Positions 1 through 9,155 of a stretch of DNA of 64,000 bases are shown here, piece by piece. Positions within the stretch are counted from its first letter, which is position 1. Every line of letters begins with the position of its first letter. The stretch lies in assembly GCA_039679675.1 (NCBI GenBank), contig JBDKUN010000062.1:32001-96000 (forward strand). The letters run 5' to 3'. Position numbers and translations under genes: made by a program. Under the pieces are notes generated by a model that had not been told where the DNA came from, made no database searches, and worked only from the letters and a program-made list of their open reading frames with translations. The stretch comes from Armatimonadota bacterium (GTDB lineage: Bacteria; Armatimonadota; UBA5829; DTLH01).

Positions 1-296
1 TTTCGCGGGGCAAAAATAACTACCACATCACGCTCTATGGCCATCGGAAGCACCGGCAGCCCGTTATAATCGATATGTTCGCCTATCAGGTTCACCCTTC
101 CAGGCGCTCGGGCGATAGAAACCCGCTTGGCGTCAGGAAACGCCTCCATGAACCTGCAGAGCGCCGCGAGATATCTGGTACGTTGGTATCTCATGTCCGC
201 GCCGGAGCTGTAGCTCTCGGCCAGAAACTCCTCGACAGGTCCGGCAAGGTCTCCGCCTCCCTGCAGGGCTTTTTCGAGCTCTTTTACATCAATCAT
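1..296 (-). CDS. galK: Galactokinase (GHMP family), N-terminal part; runs off the window start
   Basis: Manual translation gives [11 protein letters not shown]...[28 protein letters not shown], the galactokinase signature; the start overlaps the upstream stop (ATGA). Confidence 0.85.
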   Translation of the reverse strand, partial: MIDVKELEKALQGGGDLAGPVEEFLAESYSSGADMRYQRTRYLAALCRFMEAFPDAKRVSIARAPGRVNLIGEHIDYNGLPVLPMAIERDVVVIFAPR

Positions 297-1042
297 TGCT
301 CTTTCTCCAGTAACTCTGCTGCATGTCCTATGTCTTCCGGCCTGCCTACATCACACCAGATGCCCGACATCCTGTGTCCCCGCACAAATCTTCCGTCTGC
401 AAGCATCGAAGCGACCGCATCGGTCAGCTCATACTCTCCTCTGGGACTCGGCACTAGCTTGCCTGTGTATTCGAAAACGGTGGGAGAAAAGACGAATATC
501 CCTGCCTGGTTCCAGTTCGTGGACGATTGTCCCACAGGCGGCTTTTCGACTATCTTTTCTACCTGGCTGCTCTCGTCCAGGTAGACCGCTGCTCCTGCTG
601 ATGGATCATCCACCCAGTTAAGCGCAAGCAATGCGTCACATGGCGAAGCGCCGAAATCCGAAATAAGGGATAGATAGGTATCGGTAGAAGCAAGTATGTC
701 TCCGAATGTCGCTATAAACGGTTCACTGCCGACTGCTTCCACTGTAGAATGGACCGCGCTTCCGGTTCCGTTCGGCTCCGGCTGGTGGACATAGCTGATA
801 TTTACGCCTAATTTGGAGCCATCAGAAAAATAGTCCTCGATAATATGGCCGAGGTACCCTGTCACGATGACAAAACGGCCGATCCCGGCATCTTTCAGCC
901 TCGTTATGACATGTTCCAGCATAGGCTTTCCGGCAACCGAAAGCATGTGTTTTGGTGTAGATAATGTGAGGCTTTTCATCCGGCTGCCCTTACCGGCTGC
1001 AAGAATGACTGCAAGTGTCGGTATTGTGGTTTTGGAGACCAT
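293..1042 (-). CDS. Sugar-1-phosphate nucleotidyltransferase (NTP_transferase family)
   Basis: [10 protein letters not shown]...PK motif, [12 protein letters not shown] and WCDVG motifs. Confidence 0.9.
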   Translation of the reverse strand: MVSKTTIPTLAVILAAGKGSRMKSLTLSTPKHMLSVAGKPMLEHVITRLKDAGIGRFVIVTGYLGHIIEDYFSDGSKLGVNISYVHQPEPNGTGSAVHSTVEAVGSEPFIATFGDILASTDTYLSLISDFGASPCDALLALNWVDDPSAGAAVYLDESSQVEKIVEKPPVGQSSTNWNQAGIFVFSPTVFEYTGKLVPSPRGEYELTDAVASMLADGRFVRGHRMSGIWCDVGRPEDIGHAAELLEKEQ

Positions 1043-1130
1043 AGCTTAAAAAATTCGGGGTCTATATATTGATCAGTTGTTCACCCGCTCCCAGGCATTA
1101 TATTACCCAATACCGGTATATTTAGCAAGC

Positions 1131-1158
1131 TGAAGAGCAGTCTGATATGTTCCGATAA
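1131..1158 (+). promoter_or_regulatory. Candidate sigma28 (FliA/SigD)-type promoter of the HD-GYP operon
   Basis: TGAA-N16-TCCGATAA, compared with consensus TAAA-N15/16-GCCGATAA. Confidence 0.35.
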
Positions 1159-1192
1159 TAGAATAGCGAACAATGTGGATTAGGCAAAAATT

Positions 1193-2185
1193 ATGAGTAA
1201 CACTACAAACAATAATAAGAATATCCTGATAGTCAGCAGCAGTGGTACACTGCGTAAACGGCTTGATGAAGGGCTTAAGGCCATCGGGTATAATACCGCT
1301 TCGGCTCCCGATGGGGAGACTGCGCTCATAATGCTCAAAAGGCAGAAGGTCGACCTGTCGATAACCAGCCTGGATCTCATGGGTATGAACGGTATTCAGC
1401 TATGCCGTGCGATCATCCGGGTACACCCCAATTTACCGGTCGTTGTAATGTCGCAGTCCCCTGATGCGCAACAGGTGGCGCTGGCACTTTCAGGCGGAGC
1501 AGCCGATCTCGTGAGCGAATCGACAACGCCGGAAGAAATGGTGTCCGTTATCGAGCATAACATCGAGCGGAGAGTTGCGCCGACGCGCCGGATCGTAAGC
1601 GACAGGGCCGAGACCCTATTCAAGACTATCCGTATACTGACTGCTGCAATCGATGCCAAGTCCCATTTCGCGGCGAGGCACTCCAGCCGGGTCACGCAGC
1701 TCAGCATGGTGATCGCTAAGCGGCTGGGCCTGTCAGAAGACCAGATGGCGACACTTGAGCTTGCGGCGCAGTTGCATGACATCGGCAAAATCGGAACGCC
1801 TGATAATGTACTTACGAAACCGGACGTGCTGACGGATGATGAATGGGTGGACGTACTGAAGCATCCGGCTATGGGAAGCACATTCCTGGCCGGTATTCCC
1901 GAACTTATGGAAGTTTCATCGGTCGTGCGCCATCATCATGAGAATTTCGATGGAACGGGTTACCCGGACGGACTTCAGGGAGAAGCCATTCCGCTCCTCT
2001 CCCGGATAATCTCTGTTGCCGATGCTTACGAGGCCATGACAAGCGAACGGCCCTACAGACAGGCAAAAACGCATGAGCAAGCCGCGGAAGAGCTTCGCCG
2101 CAACTCCGGCAAACAGTTTGATGCTGTAATGGTCGAACATCTCCTGTCGTATTTTTCCGATAACAACGAAAGGAAGGCTGCTTGA
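1193..2185 (+). CDS. Receiver-like domain + HD-GYP cyclic di-nucleotide phosphodiesterase
   Basis: LHDIGK, HHENFDGTGYP, ADAYEAMTSERPYR and GKQFD motifs; N-terminal REC-like fold. Confidence 0.92.
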   Translation: MSNTTNNNKNILIVSSSGTLRKRLDEGLKAIGYNTASAPDGETALIMLKRQKVDLSITSLDLMGMNGIQLCRAIIRVHPNLPVVVMSQSPDAQQVALALSGGAADLVSESTTPEEMVSVIEHNIERRVAPTRRIVSDRAETLFKTIRILTAAIDAKSHFAARHSSRVTQLSMVIAKRLGLSEDQMATLELAAQLHDIGKIGTPDNVLTKPDVLTDDEWVDVLKHPAMGSTFLAGIPELMEVSSVVRHHHENFDGTGYPDGLQGEAIPLLSRIISVADAYEAMTSERPYRQAKTHEQAAEELRRNSGKQFDAVMVEHLLSYFSDNNERKAA

Positions 2186-3816
2186 GCAGTAACCGGCCAA
2201 ATACCTACAATAGCGGTATCATTGTAGCGAGACCCGTCGGCAATGAAGTTGAAAAGCACACCCGGCAGCACAAGCGGCACTGGATTATTGCCGCCGCTGT
2301 GCTGCTTTTTGCCGCCCTGGCGCTCGAAATCCGGGACTTGTTCAGCCCGCAGATGTCCATTGCGGGGCATGCAGCAGCAGTACTGCGTCTACTCGTGCTG
2401 TGCATTGCCTCAGGCGGAGCAGCCTACCTGTACACGGTAGCTTCCAATCTTAAAAAAGCCAGCCGGACACTGGCTGATGACCTCAGCTCGCATACACAGC
2501 TTCTTGCTGAAAAAAGCGCGCAGCTTGAGCGAGTGAAGCAATTATCTGAATCACTTATCAACCAGGTGGACCTTAAGTCCACGCTGGACCTCGCGCTTGA
2601 GATGGCAACCGATGTGATAGGAGCCCGAACGGCTTCCATTATGCTGCTCGATCCATCCCGGCAGGAGCTTACCATCTCAGCGGCAAGAGGTCTGGAAAAA
2701 GATATAATCGAGAACACCCGCGTAAAGGTCGGGGAAGGGCTTTCCGGGCTTGTCGCAAAGGAAGGCGAGGCTATCGTAATAAACAGCGACAGCCTGAGTG
2801 AAAAGCTCGCACCGCTTGCGCAGCGAAAGAACAAGATCAAGTCTGCAATCATAGCCCCTATCAAAATAGATGGGGAAATCCGAGGCGTTATCAATGTCTC
2901 GGACAAGCACGGCGCTGAAAAGTGGGACAAAGAAGACCTTGCAGCCGTATCTACGCTTGCCACTCAGGCAGCAATGGTCCTTAGAAAGATCGAGCTGTAT
3001 GACAGTCTGCAGGAACAGGTCGCAATGCTGAAAGACGCACTTGAGGAGCTCAAAACTACCCAGGCGGAGCTGATACAGTCCGAAAAGATGGCATCCGTAG
3101 GCCAGTTAGCCGGAGGTGTCGCCCATGAGATCAACAACCCTCTTATGGTGATCCTCGGGCGGGCTGAATTTGCCCTTCAGAAACTGCTGCCTTACGAACC
3201 GGTCGTAAAGGACCTGCAGATTATCCATGCGCAGACAGAGCGGATAGCCGAGATCGTGCATAACCTGCTCGATTATTCACGTGTAAACAAAATAGATGAT
3301 TTCCGGGCGGTCAATGTAAACGAGATTATCGAAAACACCCTGGCCCTTACCGAGCACCAGATGATCAAACAGAACATTACGGTTGTACGTGAGCTTTCGG
3401 ACAATCTCCCGAACGCATGGGGAAACCCTGGGCAGATCAACCAGGTGTTCGTGAATATTGTTCTCAATGCGTATCAGGCTATGGCCAAAACAGGCGGCAG
3501 CCTGACTATATCGACCTATGCAAAGGATGGCAAAGTGGCTGCCGGATTTCGGGATACCGGCCCTGGAATACCATCTGAAAACGAAGAAAAGATATTCGAA
3601 CCGTTCTTCACGACCAAAAACGAGTCCGAAGGGACGGGGCTCGGCCTTGCTATCAGCCGCGGCATAGTGCATACACACGGCGGCAAGATAGAGGTCAAAA
3701 GCGAACCGGATAGAGGGGCCGAGTTTACGGTAGAATTGCCGGTGTCCAAATCGGCGGCAGAGTCTCTGCAGGAGGAAAGAGATAATGAGCAAAAAGCACA
3801 TTATGGTAGTAGATGA
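2182..3816 (+). CDS. Membrane sensor histidine kinase (2 TM, GAF, HisKA, HATPase)
   Basis: AHEINNPL H-box, NIVLNAYQA N-box, DTGPGI, FEPFFTTK, GTGLGL; GAF-like segment. Confidence 0.93.
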   Translation: MSSNRPNTYNSGIIVARPVGNEVEKHTRQHKRHWIIAAAVLLFAALALEIRDLFSPQMSIAGHAAAVLRLLVLCIASGGAAYLYTVASNLKKASRTLADDLSSHTQLLAEKSAQLERVKQLSESLINQVDLKSTLDLALEMATDVIGARTASIMLLDPSRQELTISAARGLEKDIIENTRVKVGEGLSGLVAKEGEAIVINSDSLSEKLAPLAQRKNKIKSAIIAPIKIDGEIRGVINVSDKHGAEKWDKEDLAAVSTLATQAAMVLRKIELYDSLQEQVAMLKDALEELKTTQAELIQSEKMASVGQLAGGVAHEINNPLMVILGRAEFALQKLLPYEPVVKDLQIIHAQTERIAEIVHNLLDYSRVNKIDDFRAVNVNEIIENTLALTEHQMIKQNITVVRELSDNLPNAWGNPGQINQVFVNIVLNAYQAMAKTGGSLTISTYAKDGKVAAGFRDTGPGIPSENEEKIFEPFFTTKNESEGTGLGLAISRGIVHTHGGKIEVKSEPDRGAEFTVELPVSKSAAESLQEERDNEQKAHYGSR

Positions 3817-4174
3817 CGAAAAGGAAATTCGCGAGTTATTCCGTGACGTGCTCGAAAACCAGGGCTATGATGTCACTGTATGCGAAAATGGGACCGATGC
3901 GATCAAGTGTCTCAAAGAGAGACCGGCATTTGCAGCCTTCGTTGACATCCGCATGCCCGGAATAGATGGTGTAGAGACTCTGAAACTGATGAAAGAGATC
4001 AACTCCGATACTCAAGTCGTCATGATTACCGGCTATACGAGAAACGAGGCAGTGGACGAAGCGCTGAAACTCGGCTGTTTTGTCTGCATGATGAAGCCGT
4101 TCAAGCTGCAGGATATAATGAGCGTAATTACCATCCTCGAAGCAGGACTGGATGAGCTGCCGCTTGCAGCGTAG
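3785..4174 (+). CDS. Single-domain response regulator
   Basis: VVDDE, phosphoacceptor D in FVDIRMP, MITG and KPF motifs. Confidence 0.92.
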   Translation: MSKKHIMVVDDEKEIRELFRDVLENQGYDVTVCENGTDAIKCLKERPAFAAFVDIRMPGIDGVETLKLMKEINSDTQVVMITGYTRNEAVDEALKLGCFVCMMKPFKLQDIMSVITILEAGLDELPLAA

Positions 4175-4300
4175 AGGGTTTTTGAATCGCGAAAGATGCA
4201 AAAAGGGGAGCTGGTGGAAATCGCACCAATCCTCTTTGGAGTGCGGCGGCTCGACGCCGCTTTTCTATCGACAGCCACTAATTCACTCCCCCAAAAATAC

Positions 4301-4356
4301 CTTCGTGCTTCTCCCCGTGGTCCGGTAGGTCCACGGGGTAGAACTGCGGTCCCGAA
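4301..4356. repeat. Palindromic repeat module (CCCCGTGG-TCCGGTAGGT-CCACGGGG plus GAACTGCGGTCCCGAA)
   Basis: Reverse complement matches modules at 41199-41290 and 53354-53382. Confidence 0.75.
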
Positions 4357-4373
4357 TAACATAAAATTGTCGA

Positions 4374-6989
4374 TTAATTACGTTCGACCTTACTCCTCTT
4401 CCTTTTCTTCAATTGGTCTATGTAATCAGTCAAGTCTTTCAGATCCTGTTTCATCTCATCAGGTGTTGGCAAGTTCGCGTTGTCCACTCCAGGCTGGTCG
4501 TGTCCTTTGAGCCATCTGGAACTCTTGGCCATACCATTTTCGATGGTCTTATAATCATCTTCTGTGAGGTCTCTAGCTACAATCTTAAGTCGCTGTGTCT
4601 GAATTTGTCTGGAAAACCGCATCACCACACCATTCAACACCATTTCTTCAGTTGTTCGCTCCCAAGTTTCCCTGAGACTCCCGTACCAATACCCTGCCCT
4701 AATCTTATACTCGTGAATATCACCATGATCGTACAGGGCTTTCACTTTAGTAAGATCAGAAGTGAGCGTCTTAATACGATCAAGCGCCGATTGCCCCTGC
4801 CAGGGAGGCCCATCACACACAACTCCTACATTGCTTTGGTTACGTAAGACCTGACATACTGACAGATCTACCTCGAATGTCTCTGCCCAATGGAACAGCT
4901 CATTCATAAATACTATGTCGTGAGTTAGCACAATAACCTGACGGACTGTAGATTCTTTTGCTAACCTTTCAGCTACAAGACGCCTATGCGCATGGTCAAG
5001 GGAACACACAGGGTCATCTACTAGTATGGCTGATTTGTCATAGGACTGGCCAAGTTCTGCGAAGAATGCTGCAAGCGCTATCGCTCTGAATTCACCTTCG
5101 CTCACAATATCCTTAACGGCTGGTGCGGTCAACTTTCGACCCTCTATATCAATGCGATGTTCCGGAACACCTTTCCTAGTGCGATGGGTAATCACTATCT
5201 TGAGCTGGTTGCCGCTGACTGCCTTCAGTTCCTCCTTAATCCTCTCTTGCAGATCCTCAGTAACGTATTTTTTCGTCAGCTCGCCGCCCTTTCTCGATAT
5301 CTTGTTTGTGTTAGTCAATCCAGTTGCCTTATTTATGGCTTCTATATCCTTCACACGTTGCAGTTCAGTCCGAAGTACGGCAACGTTGTCGTGGATCCAC
5401 TTTTTCGCTTCGAGTTCAGCCAGACGCGTTTTATATTTCTCAAGCAATTCCTGATCTGCGGTCTTCTCCAAATTCTCTGCTTCTTGCTCTAACTCCTGGG
5501 CAATTCGCTTTATCTCCGCAACATCCAGAGTCGGAGAAATAATGTTTTCCCAATTGCTAGACCCTAAAGCAGATAATATTACTTCTCGGCACTTCGTCGC
5601 AGCCCCCAGGAATACAGTAACCTCCTCCGACAGCACTTCGGAGTGTGATTTTAGTTCCTGATATACTGCATCGTCGCTCTCAATATGTATAGTTATTCCT
5701 TCTAGCTTCTTCCTGTCCTCTTTTACTATAGCAGCGGCCTCGTTGAGCTTTTTCGCACTTTCATCTTTTACGTATGCCTCGAACTTCTTCAAACGCTCCT
5801 TGGCATCATCAGACAATGGTTGCTGACACAAGACACAGACCGCCGTGGCACCCGTATTTGGATATGAAGCATCAGGATACGCTTCACCAACTGAAAAGCT
5901 TCGGGCGTGCTCCCACAACTGCTTCCAAGGGTCAGCTCCTGTTCCTGGTAGACAATCCTTGAATGCTTCAGTCTGGGCTAGTGACGCTGCAGTCCGGGCT
6001 GTTTCACGGTCTTCAACATGCTTGCGAAACACTTTGATTGCCTCGACTCCCAGAGCAGTCGAAATCGACACGATCCGGCCCTCGATCTCTATTAATAATT
6101 GTTTACGCACCCTGATACTGGCTGCCTTCTTGAGAGGGTTCTCTTCCTCTAGTAACTTGGACAATTGCTTCATCTCAGCCATATCGTCAGTGGTGAAGAC
6201 TGCGGTTGCTTTGATGCCTTCCATCGTCAGACCTGAATGAACGGGGTAGGCTTTCGCAATCTCTGGGTGTGAAGCTATTGCTGTAGGTGGCGAGAGGCAC
6301 TTAGAAACTAATTTACTCTTTCTATCCGCAAGCCGCTGTCCGACAACGTCTGCCACTGACGAGAGACGATCGAATAGATCAAGCCCAAAGGGTCTGTAGG
6401 CCACATCATTGTAGTCATTCACATAGAGCTTAGCACAATCTGAATCGAAAATGCTCACTCTAGCCAGCTCGTTCGGAACATCACTGTTTTCAACCCAGTT
6501 GTAGGTTTGGAAATCATCACCAATACAATAGTCGACAACTGCCTGCGCTGGGTCGCCAGTTGCTTCTTTGTAGATATTCGGGCAAATAGGGCTTCCGGCA
6601 TCTCTGGCACGACACATCTTCTTCAAAATTCTAGTGTATCCAGACTTACCGGAACCATTATCACCGTAGATAACAGTGATGCCTGTAGGATGAAAAGCCA
6701 GGATAGAAGCCGGATCAAGCAGATTCACATTCTGCACAGACTTCACCGTGGCAAGAGTGACGCTTTCAGACTCTCCTGTAACGATGATTGGCAGGTGCTT
6801 TGATTCAAGAGGCATTGCGACAATGCTTTCGCATCCATCAACCTTCAAGCCAAATGGCTGCAAGCATAGGTGTTCCAACTCCTTGTAGTCACTCTCACTC
6901 AACGCGCCACTGGCTAATCGTCTGAGAGCATCACGCTGCCAAGTTGGCAATTCACTAGACCACTCTAGTATTTCCTCGTATACACTCAT
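4374..6989 (-). CDS. Rad50/SMC-like ABC ATPase with zinc hook and C-terminal HEPN-like motif (RloC-like candidate defence protein)
   Basis: Walker A GDNGSGKS, long coiled coil with CVLCQQPL hook, signature VSEGE, Walker B ILVDDPV, H-loop LTHD, C-terminal RWLKGH (Rx4H); more AT-rich than its neighbours. Confidence 0.75.
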   Translation of the reverse strand: MSVYEEILEWSSELPTWQRDALRRLASGALSESDYKELEHLCLQPFGLKVDGCESIVAMPLESKHLPIIVTGESESVTLATVKSVQNVNLLDPASILAFHPTGITVIYGDNGSGKSGYTRILKKMCRARDAGSPICPNIYKEATGDPAQAVVDYCIGDDFQTYNWVENSDVPNELARVSIFDSDCAKLYVNDYNDVAYRPFGLDLFDRLSSVADVVGQRLADRKSKLVSKCLSPPTAIASHPEIAKAYPVHSGLTMEGIKATAVFTTDDMAEMKQLSKLLEEENPLKKAASIRVRKQLLIEIEGRIVSISTALGVEAIKVFRKHVEDRETARTAASLAQTEAFKDCLPGTGADPWKQLWEHARSFSVGEAYPDASYPNTGATAVCVLCQQPLSDDAKERLKKFEAYVKDESAKKLNEAAAIVKEDRKKLEGITIHIESDDAVYQELKSHSEVLSEEVTVFLGAATKCREVILSALGSSNWENIISPTLDVAEIKRIAQELEQEAENLEKTADQELLEKYKTRLAELEAKKWIHDNVAVLRTELQRVKDIEAINKATGLTNTNKISRKGGELTKKYVTEDLQERIKEELKAVSGNQLKIVITHRTRKGVPEHRIDIEGRKLTAPAVKDIVSEGEFRAIALAAFFAELGQSYDKSAILVDDPVCSLDHAHRRLVAERLAKESTVRQVIVLTHDIVFMNELFHWAETFEVDLSVCQVLRNQSNVGVVCDGPPWQGQSALDRIKTLTSDLTKVKALYDHGDIHEYKIRAGYWYGSLRETWERTTEEMVLNGVVMRFSRQIQTQRLKIVARDLTEDDYKTIENGMAKSSRWLKGHDQPGVDNANLPTPDEMKQDLKDLTDYIDQLKKRKRSKVERN

Positions 6990-7030
6990 GCTGATGTCTC
7001 CCCCGATGCCCTACCAAGCAAGGGTCATAC

Positions 7031-7097
7031 AAAAAATGAAGCCCGGGCACTACCTTATACTGCAATTACTGCAGCCCATGGTATTGCTCGGGCTCAT
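7031..7097 (-). terminator. Hairpin followed by a U6 tract in the leader of the ATPase gene (terminator/attenuator or small RNA)
   Basis: Minus strand ATGAGCCCGAGCAATACC...GGTAGTGCCCGGGCTTCAT followed by a T run. Confidence 0.65.
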
Positions 7098-7101
7098 CTG
7101 C

Positions 7102-7130
7102 ATTATGCACCAGCCTGTTACTGTTGTCAA
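7102..7130 (-). promoter_or_regulatory. Sigma70-type promoter upstream of the leader hairpin and ATPase
   Basis: TTGACA-N17-CATAAT on the minus strand. Confidence 0.65.
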
Positions 7131-7183
7131 TGCTAGAGATTTTTCATGCTAGAGATTTTTCATGTGTATGCAGAGATTTTTCA
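7131..7183. repeat. Direct repeats TGCTAGAGATTTTTCA x2 plus one degenerate copy
   Basis: Copies at 7131-7146 and 7147-7162 are exact; 7169-7183 has a one-base deletion. Confidence 0.9.
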
Positions 7184-7200
7184 GGTAATCCTAATATCCC

Positions 7201-9030
7201 CTACTCCACCGTAACGCTCTTTGCCAGGTTTCTGGGCTGGTCTATATCGTGTCCACGGAATTTGGCAACGTAGTAGGCCAGAAGCTGGAGCGGGATGGCG
7301 TTTAAGATCGGAGAAAACACCTCGTCCGTCTCAGGCACCCGAATCACATAGTCAGCGAACTTGTCTATCTCAGTATCTCGCTTCCCTGCAATAGCGATGA
7401 TCTCCCCGGCGCGCGCCTTCACTTCCTGGATGTTGGATAAAACCTTGTCATACGTCCTTCCGGGGGTAGCAACAGCGACAGTCGCCATTGAAGGGTCGAT
7501 CATGGCAATCGGACCGTGCTTCATTTCGCCAGCCGCATAGCCTTCCGCGTGAATATAGGCAATTTCTTTGATCTTGAGCGCGCCTTCCAAGGCCGATGCC
7601 AGGTTGAACCCACGCCCCATGTAGAGGAACCCTGCATAGTTGTGATAGTGCTCGGCAATGTCGACAATATTGCCGATATCCGATAGATAATGGTCGGTCT
7701 GTTCCGGTATCGCCCAAAGTTTCGCGCGGAGTTCCGCGCTCCGTTCTTTCGAAATGGTGCCGCGTATACGGCCGAAGTAAAGTGTGATGAGCGCAAGGGT
7801 CATAAGCTGCGTGGTATATGCTTTCGTTGACGCGACAGCTATCTCCGGTCCGGCCTGGGTGTAAAGGACGCTTTCGGCGCCCCTGGCGACGGAGCTTTCG
7901 ACCACATTCGTAATCGCAAGGACTTTCGCGCCATGAGATTTTGCTTCCCTCATCCCTGCGAGCGTGTCCGCAGTTTCACCGGACTGGCTTATGACGATAG
8001 CTAGAGTCTTTTCGTCGATGATCGGGTCGCGGTAGCGGAGTTCAGATGCCACATCGAGCTCGACTGGAATCCTGACCAGACTCTCGATCATATACTTACC
8101 GGCCATCGCAGCGTGATAAGCTGTGCCGCAGGCGACCATTACGATCTTGTCTATCTTCTTGATCTCATCTTCCGTGAGACCTAAATCTTCGATTATTACA
8201 TCGGAGTCTTCCGAGGAAAGCCTGCCGCGCATAGTCTCTCTAAGCGCCGTCGGCTGCTCGTGGATCTCTTTCAGCATAAAGTGCTCGTAACCGCCGCGTT
8301 CGGCCATTGCAGCGTCCCAGGTGATCTGGTAGACATTGTTTACCGTGGGCTTGCCGTCCAGCGTAAGGAATTTGGCAGAAGAGCGGTCGACAACCGCCAT
8401 TGTGTCATCTTCGAGGAAATGGACATCTTTTGTATACTGCAGAAACGCTGGGACATCGGATGCGATGAAGTTTTCTCCCGACCCGATCCCCAAGACGAGC
8501 GGGCTGTGACGCCGCGCAGCGACGATAACATCCGGCTGATCGCCGCAGAGCGCTGCTATGGCAAACGATCCTTCGAGCTGCAGTGCAGCACGGCGGACGG
8601 ACTCGACAATGTTTGCCTCGCCCATCTCTTCGATAAGGTGGGCGATGACCTCAGTATCCGTTTCCGATGCGAACTTGTGGCCGCGCGCGATCAATTGGTC
8701 TTTGAGTGTAACGTAGTTCTCGATGATCCCGTTGTGGACTACGACGATACTGCCGGTACAGTCACTGTGAGGGTGGGCGTTTTCATCGGAAGGCCTGCCG
8801 TGGGTTGCCCAGCGGGTATGGCCGATGCCGAGGACTCCGGACGGCATGCCTGTCTTGAGAGCATTTTCAAGCATGCTGAGCTTTCCGACCGCTTTACGGA
8901 CGGCAATCTCCTTTCCGGAGATAATGGCAACCCCCGCACTGTCGTAACCACGGTATTCGAGTTTCCTTAATCCTTCTATCAAAAGAGGGCAGGCTTGGCG
9001 TTCACCGATGTAGCCGACTATTCCGCACAT
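7201..9030 (-). CDS. glmS: Glutamine-fructose-6-phosphate aminotransferase
   Basis: MCGIVG start, GHTRWATHG, C-terminal PRNLAKSVTVE. Confidence 0.99.
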   Translation of the reverse strand: MCGIVGYIGERQACPLLIEGLRKLEYRGYDSAGVAIISGKEIAVRKAVGKLSMLENALKTGMPSGVLGIGHTRWATHGRPSDENAHPHSDCTGSIVVVHNGIIENYVTLKDQLIARGHKFASETDTEVIAHLIEEMGEANIVESVRRAALQLEGSFAIAALCGDQPDVIVAARRHSPLVLGIGSGENFIASDVPAFLQYTKDVHFLEDDTMAVVDRSSAKFLTLDGKPTVNNVYQITWDAAMAERGGYEHFMLKEIHEQPTALRETMRGRLSSEDSDVIIEDLGLTEDEIKKIDKIVMVACGTAYHAAMAGKYMIESLVRIPVELDVASELRYRDPIIDEKTLAIVISQSGETADTLAGMREAKSHGAKVLAITNVVESSVARGAESVLYTQAGPEIAVASTKAYTTQLMTLALITLYFGRIRGTISKERSAELRAKLWAIPEQTDHYLSDIGNIVDIAEHYHNYAGFLYMGRGFNLASALEGALKIKEIAYIHAEGYAAGEMKHGPIAMIDPSMATVAVATPGRTYDKVLSNIQEVKARAGEIIAIAGKRDTEIDKFADYVIRVPETDEVFSPILNAIPLQLLAYYVAKFRGHDIDQPRNLAKSVTVE

Positions 9031-9155
9031 ATTCTAATACCATCCTTAAAGTTGCCGCCTATCCAGGCGTTGATGATCTATTGTAGAACATTGGCTGCTG
9101 ATGAGGCAAATTATAGGAAGAATTTAGGATCTGGAGGATATAGTGCAAATTCACA

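Noticed and set aside
4196..4510. ORFs containing PRGPxGPRG here and at 41064-41409
   Set aside because: The shared peptide is just the translation of the DNA palindrome, not a protein family.
7131..7183. CRISPR array or type III toxin-antitoxin repeat array
   Set aside because: Repeats are only 16 bp, have essentially no spacers, and lie upstream of the promoter; no cas genes nearby.
4175..7200. Intact Tn7-like transposon at the glmS attachment site
   Set aside because: No tns genes, and no TGT...ACA ends or 5-bp target duplication that I could identify; only the location is suggestive.
9031..9155. glmS ribozyme
   Set aside because: The short intergenic region shows no recognisable core or stems.
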